Assembly: GCA_038833255.1 (NCBI GenBank)
Contig: JAWBIX010000001.1
Location: forward strand, 1-32,000
Origin: Nanopusillaceae archaeon
GTDB lineage: Archaea > Nanobdellota > Nanobdellia > Nanobdellales > Nanobdellaceae
Direction: 5' to 3'
DNA: 32,000 nucleotides
Shown here: positions 9,514 to 18,517 of the stretch, one piece after another
Layout of the letters: every line of letters starts with the position of its first letter
How positions within the stretch are numbered: position 1 is the first letter of the stretch
Notes under the pieces: generated by a model
Seen by the model: only the letters and a program-made list of their open reading frames with translations
Told to the model about the DNA's origin: nothing
Database searches by the model: none
Translations under genes and position numbers: made by a program

Positions 9514-10206
9514 ATGGTAAAAATAACTTGGTTTGGACATTCTTCTTTTTTAATAGAAAGTAAAGATATGAAAATTTTAATAGATCCTTTTTTGAATGGA
9601 AATCCCTTAAGTCCTATAAAGCCAAAAGATTTGAACAATATAGATATAATACTAGTAACACATGGACATGGGGATCATTTAGGAGATACAGTTGAAATTG
9701 CAAAGAAAAACAATTCCCAAGTTGTTGCAATATATGAATTAGCCAATTATTTATCAGAATATGGAATAAAAGCAATTGGAATAAATTATGGAGGTTCTAT
9801 TCAAATAAAAAATGCAAAAATATTGATGGTTCCTGCTTGGCATAGTTCAGGAATTATTGAAAATGAAAAAATAATATATACTGGAAATCCGTGTGGATAT
9901 GTAATTGAAATAGATGGTAAAAAAATATATCATTCTGGAGATACTGGATTATTTAAAGATATGGAGTTAATTCCAAAAATTTCAAACGGAATAGATGTCG
10001 CGTTATTACCTATTGGAGGAAGATATACAATGGATATCGATCAGGCGATAATAGCTTTAGAGATGTTAAAACCAAAGTTTGCTATTCCCATGCATTACAA
10101 CACATTTCCATTAATAAAAGCAAATCCAGAAGAATTTAAAGAAAAAGCTAAAAAAATTGGCGTAGAAGTTATTATCCTTGATCCTGGAAAGAGTTTTGAG
10201 ATATAG
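9514..10206 (+). CDS. UPF0173-family metal-dependent hydrolase (metallo-beta-lactamase fold)
   Basis: 230 aa. KITWFGHSSFLIE...ILVTHGHGDHLGD...HSGDTG...MHYNTF is the typical UPF0173/MBL signature. Confidence 0.8.
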   Translation: MVKITWFGHSSFLIESKDMKILIDPFLNGNPLSPIKPKDLNNIDIILVTHGHGDHLGDTVEIAKKNNSQVVAIYELANYLSEYGIKAIGINYGGSIQIKNAKILMVPAWHSSGIIENEKIIYTGNPCGYVIEIDGKKIYHSGDTGLFKDMELIPKISNGIDVALLPIGGRYTMDIDQAIIALEMLKPKFAIPMHYNTFPLIKANPEEFKEKAKKIGVEVIILDPGKSFEI

Positions 10207-10921
10207 AGTTTTTTATAATATTCATTAAACTTTCCTTTTTATTTAGATTATCTCTAATATTGTTTAATAAAAATTTTTTGATAATATTTTTATAATTTCT
10301 TGATAAAATGTCAATATAGTTCTTTATTTTCTCTTTTTCTATCTCCATTATCTCATAATATGTTCCATTGGAAAACATTCCATAAAAATTAACTAAATAG
10401 TGATTACCTTTATTTTCTATTCTTATATCATAAAATAGATGGCTATTTTTATCTAAGTAATCTATCTTCTCTTTTAAATTCAAACTTTTTAAATTGTTCT
10501 CATTAATTCCATTTAAATATTTAACCCTAACTACATAATTGTCTATATTTTTATTATCTACAATACATAAATCTCCCTTCTTTATTAAAAGGCCATCCAT
10601 AACTAAAAATAATAAAAATAAACCCTGCTTAGACAGTTGGTCTATATTTTTAAGTTTAAAATTTTTCTTAGAAGATTTTATCTCATATGAATCTATATAG
10701 ATAGTATTTTTTTCTTCTTTCATTAACAATAAATCTAATTCTGCCAAATTTCCATTTTTTATTTCAATTATATAATCATTACAAGAAAAGCTTGTTTCTC
10801 CCTTTTTCTCTTCAAAATCTTTTAAAAATATATAAAGCTTTTTTTCGTTTTTAGAGTTTTTTAAAAAACCTAAACGTATTATAGCGTTATTTGCTATATA
10901 TAAAAGGGTCATTTTTGGCAA
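10172..10921 (-). CDS. Hypothetical protein (possible PD-(D/E)xK nuclease-like N-terminal region)
   Basis: 249-aa ORF with coding-like composition and no family recognised. AELDLLL..(17 aa)..SYEIKSS could be a D...ExK nuclease motif, but this is weak. Its 3' end overlaps the convergent hydrolase gene by 35 nt. Confidence 0.4.
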   Translation of the reverse strand: MPKMTLLYIANNAIIRLGFLKNSKNEKKLYIFLKDFEEKKGETSFSCNDYIIEIKNGNLAELDLLLMKEEKNTIYIDSYEIKSSKKNFKLKNIDQLSKQGLFLLFLVMDGLLIKKGDLCIVDNKNIDNYVVRVKYLNGINENNLKSLNLKEKIDYLDKNSHLFYDIRIENKGNHYLVNFYGMFSNGTYYEIMEIEKEKIKNYIDILSRNYKNIIKKFLLNNIRDNLNKKESLMNIIKNSISQNSFQDQG

Positions 10922-10989
10922 AGAAAAAGATTTTCGCCGTTAAATTAAAAAATATCATAAATAATAAATTATTGTTAATTTTAAATAAA

Positions 10990-10997
10990 TATATAAA
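10990..10997 (+). promoter_or_regulatory. Putative TATA box (TATATAAA) for the Lrp-family gene, positioned for a leaderless mRNA
   Basis: TATATAAA lies at -30..-23 relative to the A of the ATG at 11020. No Shine-Dalgarno-like purine run lies between them. Confidence 0.45.
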
Positions 10998-11019
10998 TTT
11001 TTATCTATCTTAGAATTAT

Positions 11020-11454
11020 ATGGTACGAAAATCAAAAATCGATGAAATAGACCTCAAAATACTTAAAATACTTGAAAAAAATTCCAGAATTCATAATACT
11101 CAAATAGCAAAATTTGTTGGAATTACAGAAGCAGCTGTAAGAAAAAGAATAGAAAAATTAAAAAGAATTGGAATTATAAGAAAGTTTACAATAGAATTAG
11201 ATTATAAACTTTTAGATTATAAATTAGTTATAATAGGGATAAATGTCCAAAAAAACAAACTTTTTGATGTTATTAAAAAAATTCCAAAAATAGAAAATTT
11301 AAAATCTATATATATATCAGTAGGTGATCACGATATTTTGTTAGAATTTGTTTATAAAGAACAAGAGGATTTAGAAAAGTTTATAAAAATTATTAAAGAA
11401 ATAGATGGCGTTACGGACGTGTGCCCAGCTATACTTATAGAAAAAGTTTTTTAA
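11020..11454 (+). CDS. Lrp/AsnC-family transcriptional regulator
   Basis: 144 aa. N-terminal wHTH (IDEIDLKILKILEKNSRIHNTQIAKFVGITEAAVRKRIEKL) plus a C-terminal RAM-like domain. Confidence 0.85.
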   Translation: MVRKSKIDEIDLKILKILEKNSRIHNTQIAKFVGITEAAVRKRIEKLKRIGIIRKFTIELDYKLLDYKLVIIGINVQKNKLFDVIKKIPKIENLKSIYISVGDHDILLEFVYKEQEDLEKFIKIIKEIDGVTDVCPAILIEKVF

Positions 11455-11490
11455 GTTCAAAAATAGAAATTTTTAATCTCATAAAATAAC

Positions 11491-11498
11491 TTTATAAA
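11491..11498 (+). promoter_or_regulatory. Putative TATA box (TTTATAAA) for the peroxiredoxin gene, leaderless geometry
   Basis: TTTATAAA lies at -30..-23 relative to the ATG at 11521. Confidence 0.45.
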
Positions 11499-11520
11499 AC
11501 TATTTTCTAACTAATATACC

Positions 11521-12201
<681 letters not shown>

Positions 12202-12301
12202 CAATATCATAATGGCTTGCAAATCTAAGAAAAAAGAAAATAAAAAACAATAAAAATTTTTAGGGCCATAATTTTTTTTACTTTTTTTATAATATTTTTT
12301 T

Positions 12302-12571
12302 ATGAGCTGTACAACTGAATTGTTTAAATATTATTACAAAAGTAGAAAAAAGCTAGACGATATAATTAAAGCGTTCAAAAAAGAAATTATAGCATATAAT
12401 ATTAAAACTGAAAAATATGAAAAGATTTCTTTATCTTTAACACAATATTTATCACTAGAAATAAAAGGTTACTTACATTTAAATGATAGGTCCATGTATT
12501 TAGTTAGATATAACAACAATGAATATTATTTAGTCGATAATATTAACAAAAAGGAAAAATATGTCTCTTAA
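12302..12571 (+). CDS. Hypothetical small protein
   Basis: 89-aa ORF with no recognisable motif. Preceded by T-rich tracts and convergent with the phosphoesterase gene. Coding status uncertain. Confidence 0.3.
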   Translation: MSCTTELFKYYYKSRKKLDDIIKAFKKEIIAYNIKTEKYEKISLSLTQYLSLEIKGYLHLNDRSMYLVRYNNNEYYLVDNINKKEKYVS

Positions 12572-12576
12572 AATTT

Positions 12577-13077
12577 TTAAATTATTTTAAATTTTACTTT
12601 AAGTTCATTTAAATCTAAAACTGCCACAGATTTTACAGTTTTTTTAATTTCTCCAGATCTAACACCTGTTGCTGTTCCCGGACTTATAAAAAATATTCCC
12701 TCTCTCCAAATAAAGACAGGATAATGTACATGTCCAAAAATTACAAAGTTTGGATTTATATTCTTAACCCCTCTTACATATTCTAAAATTTTATTTATAT
12801 CTCCTCTAGGATTAATAACATGCGAATGAAAAACAAAAAATTTATATCCATTTAAATCCAGTATTAATTCTTTTGGTAAAACTAAATAGTCTGTATTTCC
12901 TTTAACTGCTTTTACTTCTGCAATTTTATTTAATTCTTCCAAAGCAATTTCTTCATTAACATCTCCACAATGTATTATTAAATCTACTTTTTCTTTAATA
13001 AAAAAATCTATAAATTCTTTAGGAATTTCTTTAGCTCTTAATCCTATATGTGTATCTCCTATTATTCCTATTTTCAT
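12577..13077 (-). CDS. Metallophosphoesterase, YfcE/MJ0936 family
   Basis: 166 aa. Motifs MKIGIIGDTH, CGD, GNTD, HSH, GHVH. Its ATG overlaps the L10 stop codon (ATGA). Confidence 0.85.
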   Translation of the reverse strand: MKIGIIGDTHIGLRAKEIPKEFIDFFIKEKVDLIIHCGDVNEEIALEELNKIAEVKAVKGNTDYLVLPKELILDLNGYKFFVFHSHVINPRGDINKILEYVRGVKNINPNFVIFGHVHYPVFIWREGIFFISPGTATGVRSGEIKKTVKSVAVLDLNELKVKFKII

Positions 13078-13937
13078 AAATTAGTTTTTTCTTTTAATTT
13101 TCTTCCAACATTAATTGCCAATTTTAAAATTTCTTTAATAGTATATTTTGTAGGTATTTTTGTTTTAATAGATAATTTGTATGCATTTTCATGTGCTTTT
13201 CTAATTAACAACTTTATGTTATCTTTAGTTGGTATAATTATATAAATTGATAAAGATAGTGCCTTTTTAAATGCTAATTTAATATCTTCTAAATATTTTT
13301 CTAATGGAATGGATAATATATCCTCTTCATATAATACTTCACCATCATAGGCTAATATTGGCTTTATTCTAACTGAAATTGGCTTTATTTCTAATTTTTG
13401 CAATAAATCTGCCAAATCTTTAGATACTTTATCTCCCTTTTTTGCAATTATAGTATCTTCTACTATTGTTATCTTTCCCCCTTCTACTTTTGTCTTTATA
13501 TTATATTTTTTAAATATTGAAATGGCTGGACCTGCTGCAATGTTTGTTGGTCCTGCTTTAACAATAACATCTTCTTCAAGCACATCTCCTTCTCTAGCCG
13601 CCCTATAACTTTTATTTTCCTCGAGTATTTTATTTAAAATAAATGGATTTATTTCTTCCTTTGGAATTATTAGCATTATTGTTGCTCTTTTAATATTTTC
13701 TAAAACATTTATTATTTTTTCATATTTTTTATCTTCTTTAGACAATTCTTCCAATGACTTTATTAACAATGATTTTTTAACTACCTTCATTTCAAAGTTC
13801 TTGGCTTTTAAATTTTTTCTTATAGTTTGAAGCGCAGAATTTGGAATATCCATTACGTTTACTAAGAAAAATATTTTAGATTTTTTTATTTTATCTTTTA
13901 ATTCCTTTACATAATTTATTTTCCATTCAGCAACCAT
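13074..13937 (-). CDS. rpl10: 50S ribosomal protein L10 (uL10, acidic P0 homologue)
   Basis: 287 aa. P0-like N-terminal domain (W K...V.EL..K......F.V....I....LQ.IR..L). Sits immediately downstream of L1 as in the conserved L11-L1-L10 cluster. Confidence 0.85.
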   Translation of the reverse strand: MVAEWKINYVKELKDKIKKSKIFFLVNVMDIPNSALQTIRKNLKAKNFEMKVVKKSLLIKSLEELSKEDKKYEKIINVLENIKRATIMLIIPKEEINPFILNKILEENKSYRAAREGDVLEEDVIVKAGPTNIAAGPAISIFKKYNIKTKVEGGKITIVEDTIIAKKGDKVSKDLADLLQKLEIKPISVRIKPILAYDGEVLYEEDILSIPLEKYLEDIKLAFKKALSLSIYIIIPTKDNIKLLIRKAHENAYKLSIKTKIPTKYTIKEILKLAINVGRKLKEKTNL

Positions 13938-13938
13938 T

Positions 13939-14595
13939 TTATAATAATTTAACTGCTTTACTCATTGTCAGCTTTAAATATATGCTTCTTATCATTGATT
14001 TTCCTCCAGGTAACCTTTTATATAACCAATCTAAGAATGCCATAATATTTTCATTAATTTTTTCTATTTCCATATCTTCATTTCCTACAGGTACTCCAAA
14101 GGTTAGATGTTTTTTAATTGAAACTCTAACCATTTTTTGCATCTTATTATATAGGTTTCTTAATTGAACTTCAGAAAAATTATCTGGAAATACCATACCA
14201 AACCTAGGATTTGGCATTTTATCTCTAGATCCCAAATATCTTCCCAAATATTTACCTACGTCTGGCATTACAGACATCTGAGAAACAAAAATGTAATATT
14301 TCCTTGCAATTTTTTTAGCTAATCTTTTATTACTTGAAATTTCTGGTAACTTATCCTTTACTATTACATAATCAAATATATCTCTAGCTATTTTTTCTAA
14401 TTCATTTCCTACTATAGCACATATTAGGTTTTTCTTTCCTTTCCCATGAGGTAACTCAAAATAATCTAATATTCTATTTTCTGTTTTATTTAAATCATAT
14501 TCCTTTTTTAAATTTATGATTAGCTCATATGTTTGCTTAAATTTTCTTTTTTTACTTTTTTCTTCTAATTGTTTAATTAGATTAATTAGAGTCAT
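13939..14595 (-). CDS. rpl1: 50S ribosomal protein L1 (uL1)
   Basis: 218 aa. Similar to L1 (..F.QTYELIINLK..D......R......LPHG.GK...). Conserved operon position. Confidence 0.88.
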   Translation of the reverse strand: MTLINLIKQLEEKSKKRKFKQTYELIINLKKEYDLNKTENRILDYFELPHGKGKKNLICAIVGNELEKIARDIFDYVIVKDKLPEISSNKRLAKKIARKYYIFVSQMSVMPDVGKYLGRYLGSRDKMPNPRFGMVFPDNFSEVQLRNLYNKMQKMVRVSIKKHLTFGVPVGNEDMEIEKINENIMAFLDWLYKRLPGGKSMIRSIYLKLTMSKAVKLL

Positions 14596-14625
14596 TTATA
14601 TGTTTTATCTAAATAATGTTTAAAA

Positions 14626-14787
14626 TTATTTTCTTTTAGATTCTAAAAGATCTAGCAAATTTTTTAACATCTTCTCTTTATCACCCAATATTTTAGAAAT
14701 ATATGTTTTTATCCAAAAATAGATGAATAATGTTGCTAAAGAGAAGCCAATAAATAGTCCTAATATGAATGAAGGAATATGTATCAT
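14626..14787 (-). CDS. 53-codon single-pass membrane micro-protein between L11 and L1
   Basis: Not in the ORF track because it is under 60 aa. My translation is MIHIPSFILGLFIGFSLATLFIYFWIKTYISKILGDKEKMLKNLLDLLESKRK*. Its ATG overlaps the L11 TGA stop (ATGA at 14787-14784). It has one clear TM helix followed by a charged tail, and it fills most of an otherwise unexplained 190-nt gap. Confidence 0.45.
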   Translation of the reverse strand: MIHIPSFILGLFIGFSLATLFIYFWIKTYISKILGDKEKMLKNLLDLLESKRK

Positions 14788-15266
14788 TTTATGATATCAT
14801 CGTATTTTCCTTTATTAATTTCTTCAATAATTTCTTTTGGATTTTTTCCATTAACTGTAACTCCCATAGATACTAAAGAACCTAAAACCATTTTTACTGC
14901 AGATTTTAAATTATTAGTATTCATATCCTGCATTTTCAACTTTGCAATTTCTATTACTTTTTCTAATTTTATATCTCCAACTACTTCTTTTCCAGGATTA
15001 TGTGCCGCTGTCTCTATTTTTAATTCTTTTTTTATTAAAGCTGATACCGGTGGTAATCCAACCTCAATTTCAAATTTTTTTGTTTCTACATCTACTATTA
15101 TTTTAACGGGAACTTGCATTCCTTCAAAAATTTTTGTTTTCTCATTAATTGCTTTTATAACTTCTCCAACATTTAATTTTAATTGACTTAATTTTGGAGC
15201 AATTGTTGGTCCCGGTTTTGCATTACCTCCTTCAACTAATAATTCAATAATTTCTTTTTTACCCAT
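14784..15266 (-). CDS. rpl11: 50S ribosomal protein L11 (uL11)
   Basis: 160 aa. L11 signature region (..V.GG.A.PGP.I.P.L...G.N.......IN..T..F.GM.VPV.I). Confidence 0.9.
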   Translation of the reverse strand: MGKKEIIELLVEGGNAKPGPTIAPKLSQLKLNVGEVIKAINEKTKIFEGMQVPVKIIVDVETKKFEIEVGLPPVSALIKKELKIETAAHNPGKEVVGDIKLEKVIEIAKLKMQDMNTNNLKSAVKMVLGSLVSMGVTVNGKNPKEIIEEINKGKYDDIIK

Positions 15267-15318
15267 TTCTAAATTTTTATAATATACTTTTTAAAATATT
15301 CTTTAAATAAATGATGTT

Positions 15319-15507
15319 ATGATAAATAGGATTAAAAATTTTATTGAAAATATAAAGGAAATTTGGAAAGTTGCACAAAAACCATCTCAAGAAGAACTTA
15401 AAAGAATCTTATATACAACCCTTTTATTATTTGCTATAATAACTTTAATTTCCTTGGCCATATTTATATTAGTTCAATATTTATTATATATATGGCAATT
15501 TATGTAG
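15319..15507 (+). CDS. secE: Protein translocase subunit SecE (Sec61 gamma)
   Basis: 62 aa. A charged N-terminus with a KPSQEE motif, then a single C-terminal TM helix. Lies directly upstream of spt5, the conserved secE-nusG/spt5 arrangement. Confidence 0.8.
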   Translation: MINRIKNFIENIKEIWKVAQKPSQEELKRILYTTLLLFAIITLISLAIFILVQYLLYIWQFM

Positions 15508-15941
15508 TAACTGTAACTTCTGGTAGAGAAGATATTGTTGCAGAAATAATTGCTGAAGAAGCAAAAAGAAAAAATTTAGCAATATATTCAATAATCCATT
15601 TACCTAATATCAAAGGTTTCTTATTTGTAGAAGCTGAAAATCAGTTAGAAGTAGCAAAAGCTATACATGAATTAAGATATGCAAAAAAAGTATTACCAGA
15701 GGAGGTAAAAATAGAAGAAATATTAAGATTTTTCGAAGAAAAAGAAGAAATAATCTTAAATATAGGAGATGTGGTTGAAATTATAGCAGGTCCTCTGAAA
15801 GGAACGAAAGCAAGAGTATTAAAAGTTGATGACAAGAAAAAAGAAGTATTATTAGAATTATTAGATGTTCCTGTTCCTATAAATGTAGATATTCCAATAA
15901 ATAATGTAAGATTGTTATATAAAAAAGAAGAATCTATATAA
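15492..15941 (+). CDS. spt5: Transcription elongation factor Spt5 (archaeal NusG)
   Basis: 149 aa. NGN domain (IYVVTVTSGREDIVAE) plus a KOW motif (GDVVEIIAGPLKGTKARVLKVD). Confidence 0.9.
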   Translation: MAIYVVTVTSGREDIVAEIIAEEAKRKNLAIYSIIHLPNIKGFLFVEAENQLEVAKAIHELRYAKKVLPEEVKIEEILRFFEEKEEIILNIGDVVEIIAGPLKGTKARVLKVDDKKKEVLLELLDVPVPINVDIPINNVRLLYKKEESI

Positions 15942-17007
15942 ACTCTATTCCTAGTTCTCTTTCAATTTCCTTTTTCTTTTCTTCACTAATTTCACTAATT
16001 CTTTTTATATTTCTTATAAAGGTAGGTATGCTTTTTAATCTAGTTACAGTTAAAGATACTCTAACGTAGTTCTTTTTATCCGCCTCAAATGAAATTCCAT
16101 AAATTATTTTTGCTTTTGGATCTAATACAGTTCTAACTGTATCTAATACTTTTCTCACATCCTCTGGCGTTGTATCTTCTGATGCAACAATTCTAATTAA
16201 TGCTGCTCCTGCTCCAGTAATATCTATATCTACTAATGGATTTGTCAAAGCTCTTTGTGCAGCTTCAACAGCTTTATTTTCAGAATTAGATTCTCCAACT
16301 CCAAATAATCCATATCCTGCTCCAGATACAATTGCCTTAAAATCTGCAAAATCTACATTTATATATCCTGATTTTGTTAATAATTCTGTTATTTCTTTTA
16401 AAGCATTTGCTAAAACATTATCTGCTGCTTTAAAGGCTTGTTTTAGTGGTATATTTGGATATAATTCTAATATTTTATCATTAGGAATTATAATTAACAA
16501 ATCTAAATTATTTTCTAGTTTTCCTAAACCATATTCGGCATTATCCCAAATATTTGCACCTTCAACACTAAATGGCCATGTACATACACCAATTACAATT
16601 GCTCCCATTTTCTTTGCAATATCCGCAACAATTGGAGCTGATCCCGTTCCAGTTCCTCCACCTAGACCACAAGTAATAAATACTATATCGGCTCCTTCTA
16701 AAGCTTTCTTTATTTCTTGTTCAGATTCTTTAGCTGCTTCCTCACCCAATTTTGGATCTTTTCCAGCACCTAATCCCTTTGTCAATTGCTTTCCAATTAG
16801 AATTTTTTTATTTGCTTTAACATTTAGTAAATGCTTTACATCAGTATTCAACGCAATTAACTCTACATTTTCTACCCCTAATTCATATAATCTAGATATT
16901 GTATTACTTCCAGCCCCACCACAACCAACAACTTTTACTTTTTTAAAAGTTTGTAACGCCAACTCCTCTAACTCTTTATCAAAAATAACATTTTCCTCAT
17001 TAACCAT
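15934..17007 (-). CDS. ftsZ: Cell division protein FtsZ
   Basis: 357 aa. Tubulin signature GLGGGTGTGSAPIVA, plus VVGCGGAGSNT and NTDVKHL motifs. Confidence 0.95.
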   Translation of the reverse strand: MVNEENVIFDKELEELALQTFKKVKVVGCGGAGSNTISRLYELGVENVELIALNTDVKHLLNVKANKKILIGKQLTKGLGAGKDPKLGEEAAKESEQEIKKALEGADIVFITCGLGGGTGTGSAPIVADIAKKMGAIVIGVCTWPFSVEGANIWDNAEYGLGKLENNLDLLIIIPNDKILELYPNIPLKQAFKAADNVLANALKEITELLTKSGYINVDFADFKAIVSGAGYGLFGVGESNSENKAVEAAQRALTNPLVDIDITGAGAALIRIVASEDTTPEDVRKVLDTVRTVLDPKAKIIYGISFEADKKNYVRVSLTVTRLKSIPTFIRNIKRISEISEEKKKEIERELGIEFI

Positions 17008-17104
17008 TTAATTTTAATGTAAAAAATCTTTTTAATTTTATCTTTTTAGATAAACATCTTAGTTTATCACAAATCTTAAAAATACTTTATTATGATATTT
17101 TTCA

Positions 17105-17683
17105 ATGAAATGGTTAAAAATTAGATATTTTGCTTATACTTTGCCAGATAACCGAATAATTGATTTTTCAAAAAATTATGTAATAATTCCTATAGGAAAA
17201 AATTTGCTTCCAAAGGAAATAGAAGATACTCTAAAAGATGCTGAAGTAGGAAAAAATTATAGTATTTTATTAAAAAGACCTTATGGAGAAAGAAGTGAAA
17301 GTAACATAAAAATATTGCCAAAAACAGAATTTTTAAAAAGAAATATAAATCCTGTACCAGGATTAGTTATTTTAGTTGATGGCGTTAGAGGAATAGTAAG
17401 AAGTGTAAATGGTGGGAGAATCATTGTAGATTTTAATCATCCTTTTGCTGGAAAAGATATACTTTATAGTATAGATGTCTTAGGAGAAGTAAAAGATCTT
17501 CCAGATAAAATAAAAGGAATAATTAATTTTATTTTTAGGATAGATTTTGAGAAAATTGATATTACTATCTCAAATAATAATATTGAAATAAAATTAAAAG
17601 ATGAAAAATTACCTAAAAATTTAACAGAAATACTAAAGAATTATATAGAAGATCTAAAGGATTATAATATAATTTTATCTTAA
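17105..17683 (+). CDS. FKBP-type peptidyl-prolyl cis-trans isomerase (archaeal type with insert-in-flap and C-terminal domain)
   Basis: 192 aa. ..YGERSE..I..LPK.EF...I.P.PG..I.VDG..G.V.SV.GGRIIVDFNHPFAGKDILYSIDV matches the archaeal FKBP/SlyD-like core. Confidence 0.75.
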   Translation: MKWLKIRYFAYTLPDNRIIDFSKNYVIIPIGKNLLPKEIEDTLKDAEVGKNYSILLKRPYGERSESNIKILPKTEFLKRNINPVPGLVILVDGVRGIVRSVNGGRIIVDFNHPFAGKDILYSIDVLGEVKDLPDKIKGIINFIFRIDFEKIDITISNNNIEIKLKDEKLPKNLTEILKNYIEDLKDYNIILS

Positions 17684-17684
17684 T

Positions 17685-17758
17685 GGGCCCGTAGCTCAGC
17701 CTGGTAGAGCGGCGGGCTCTTAACCCGTAGGTCGGGGGTTCAAATCCCCCCGGGCCCG
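17685..17758 (+). tRNA. tRNA-Lys (anticodon CUU), no encoded CCA
   Basis: Manual cloverleaf: GGGCCCG-TA-GCTC-AGCCTGGTA-GAGC-G-GCGGG-CTCTTAA-CCCGT-AGGTC-GGGGG-TTCAAAT-CCCCC-CGGGCCC-G (74 nt). The anticodon CTT is at 17719-17721. Has the T-loop consensus and is followed by CT, not CCA. Confidence 0.93.
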
Positions 17759-17791
17759 CTATTTACTAAAGTTTCCTTTAATAGTTATATT

Positions 17792-18517
17792 ATGATAAAA
17801 GTTGGTACATGTGGTTTTCCTATATCTAGAAAAAAATATTTTATTGAATTTCCAGTTGTAGAGTTAAATAACACTTTTTATAACATACCAGATTCTGAAT
17901 GGCTTAAAAAAATAAGAAAAGAGGCACCAGAAAATTTTGAATTTACATTTAAAGCTTTTCAAGGTATTACTCATGATACAAAATCTCAAACATGGAAAAA
18001 AGCAAATATAGATTATAAAAAACTAGAAGGAAAAGTAGGATTTTTAAGACCAACCAAAGAAGTATTTGAATTTTGGGAAAAAATGATGGAAATAAAGGAG
18101 ATATTAAATTCTAAAATAATTGTAATTCAACTTCCAAAGAGCTTTATTGATAATGAAGAAAATATCAAAAATGCTTTTGAATTCTTTAGCTCAATAAAAA
18201 AAGAAATAAAAATAGCAATAGAATTAAGAGGGTGGAAAAAGGAAAATATAAAAAAAGTTTGTGAAGAATTTAATTTAATACAAATAACAGATATAAATTT
18301 TGAATATCCGGCTCTTATTAAAGAAACAGGATATTATAGATTGCATGGAAAATATAATGAAAAAAGAATAATTTATAATTATAAATATTCTGAAGAGGAA
18401 TTAAAAAAAATTTATGAAAAAATACGAGAACTTTCTCATAAAGAATGTTATGTTATGTTTAATAATAGTTATATGTATAATGATGCAAAAAAATTTTTAG
18501 AAATAATTAATCAATGA
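17792..18517 (+). CDS. DUF72 (UPF0759) family protein
   Basis: 241 aa. IKVGTCGF......YF.EFPVVELNNTFY..P....W.......P.NFEF.FKAFQGITH is the typical DUF72 N-terminal pattern. Confidence 0.7.
   Translation: MIKVGTCGFPISRKKYFIEFPVVELNNTFYNIPDSEWLKKIRKEAPENFEFTFKAFQGITHDTKSQTWKKANIDYKKLEGKVGFLRPTKEVFEFWEKMMEIKEILNSKIIVIQLPKSFIDNEENIKNAFEFFSSIKKEIKIAIELRGWKKENIKKVCEEFNLIQITDINFEYPALIKETGYYRLHGKYNEKRIIYNYKYSEEELKKIYEKIRELSHKECYVMFNNSYMYNDAKKFLEIINQ

Noticed and set aside
9447-9638. 63-aa minus-strand ORF spanning the GT2/hydrolase divergent promoter
   Set aside because: It overlaps the starts of two well-supported genes and the promoter spacer. Its composition is not protein-like.
11197-11226. Tandem 15-nt direct repeat TTAGATTATAAACTT/TTAGATTATAAATTA (13/15 identical)
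   Set aside because: It lies in frame inside the Lrp-family gene, encoding LDYKL-LDYKL in the linker between the HTH and the effector domain. It is a small slippage-type duplication, not a repeat element or regulatory site.
12212-12253. 13-codon ORF MACKSKKKENKKQ in the spacer after the peroxiredoxin gene
   Set aside because: It is too short and lysine-rich to distinguish from chance in A-rich sequence. The surrounding T-tracts (about 12256-12289) look like terminator and spacer sequence.
13048-15835. Antisense ORFs 13048-13245, 13982-14167, 14779-15186 and 15641-15835 within ribosomal protein and spt5 genes
   Set aside because: All lie opposite highly conserved genes (L10, L1, L11, Spt5) and are hydrophobic, low-complexity translations.
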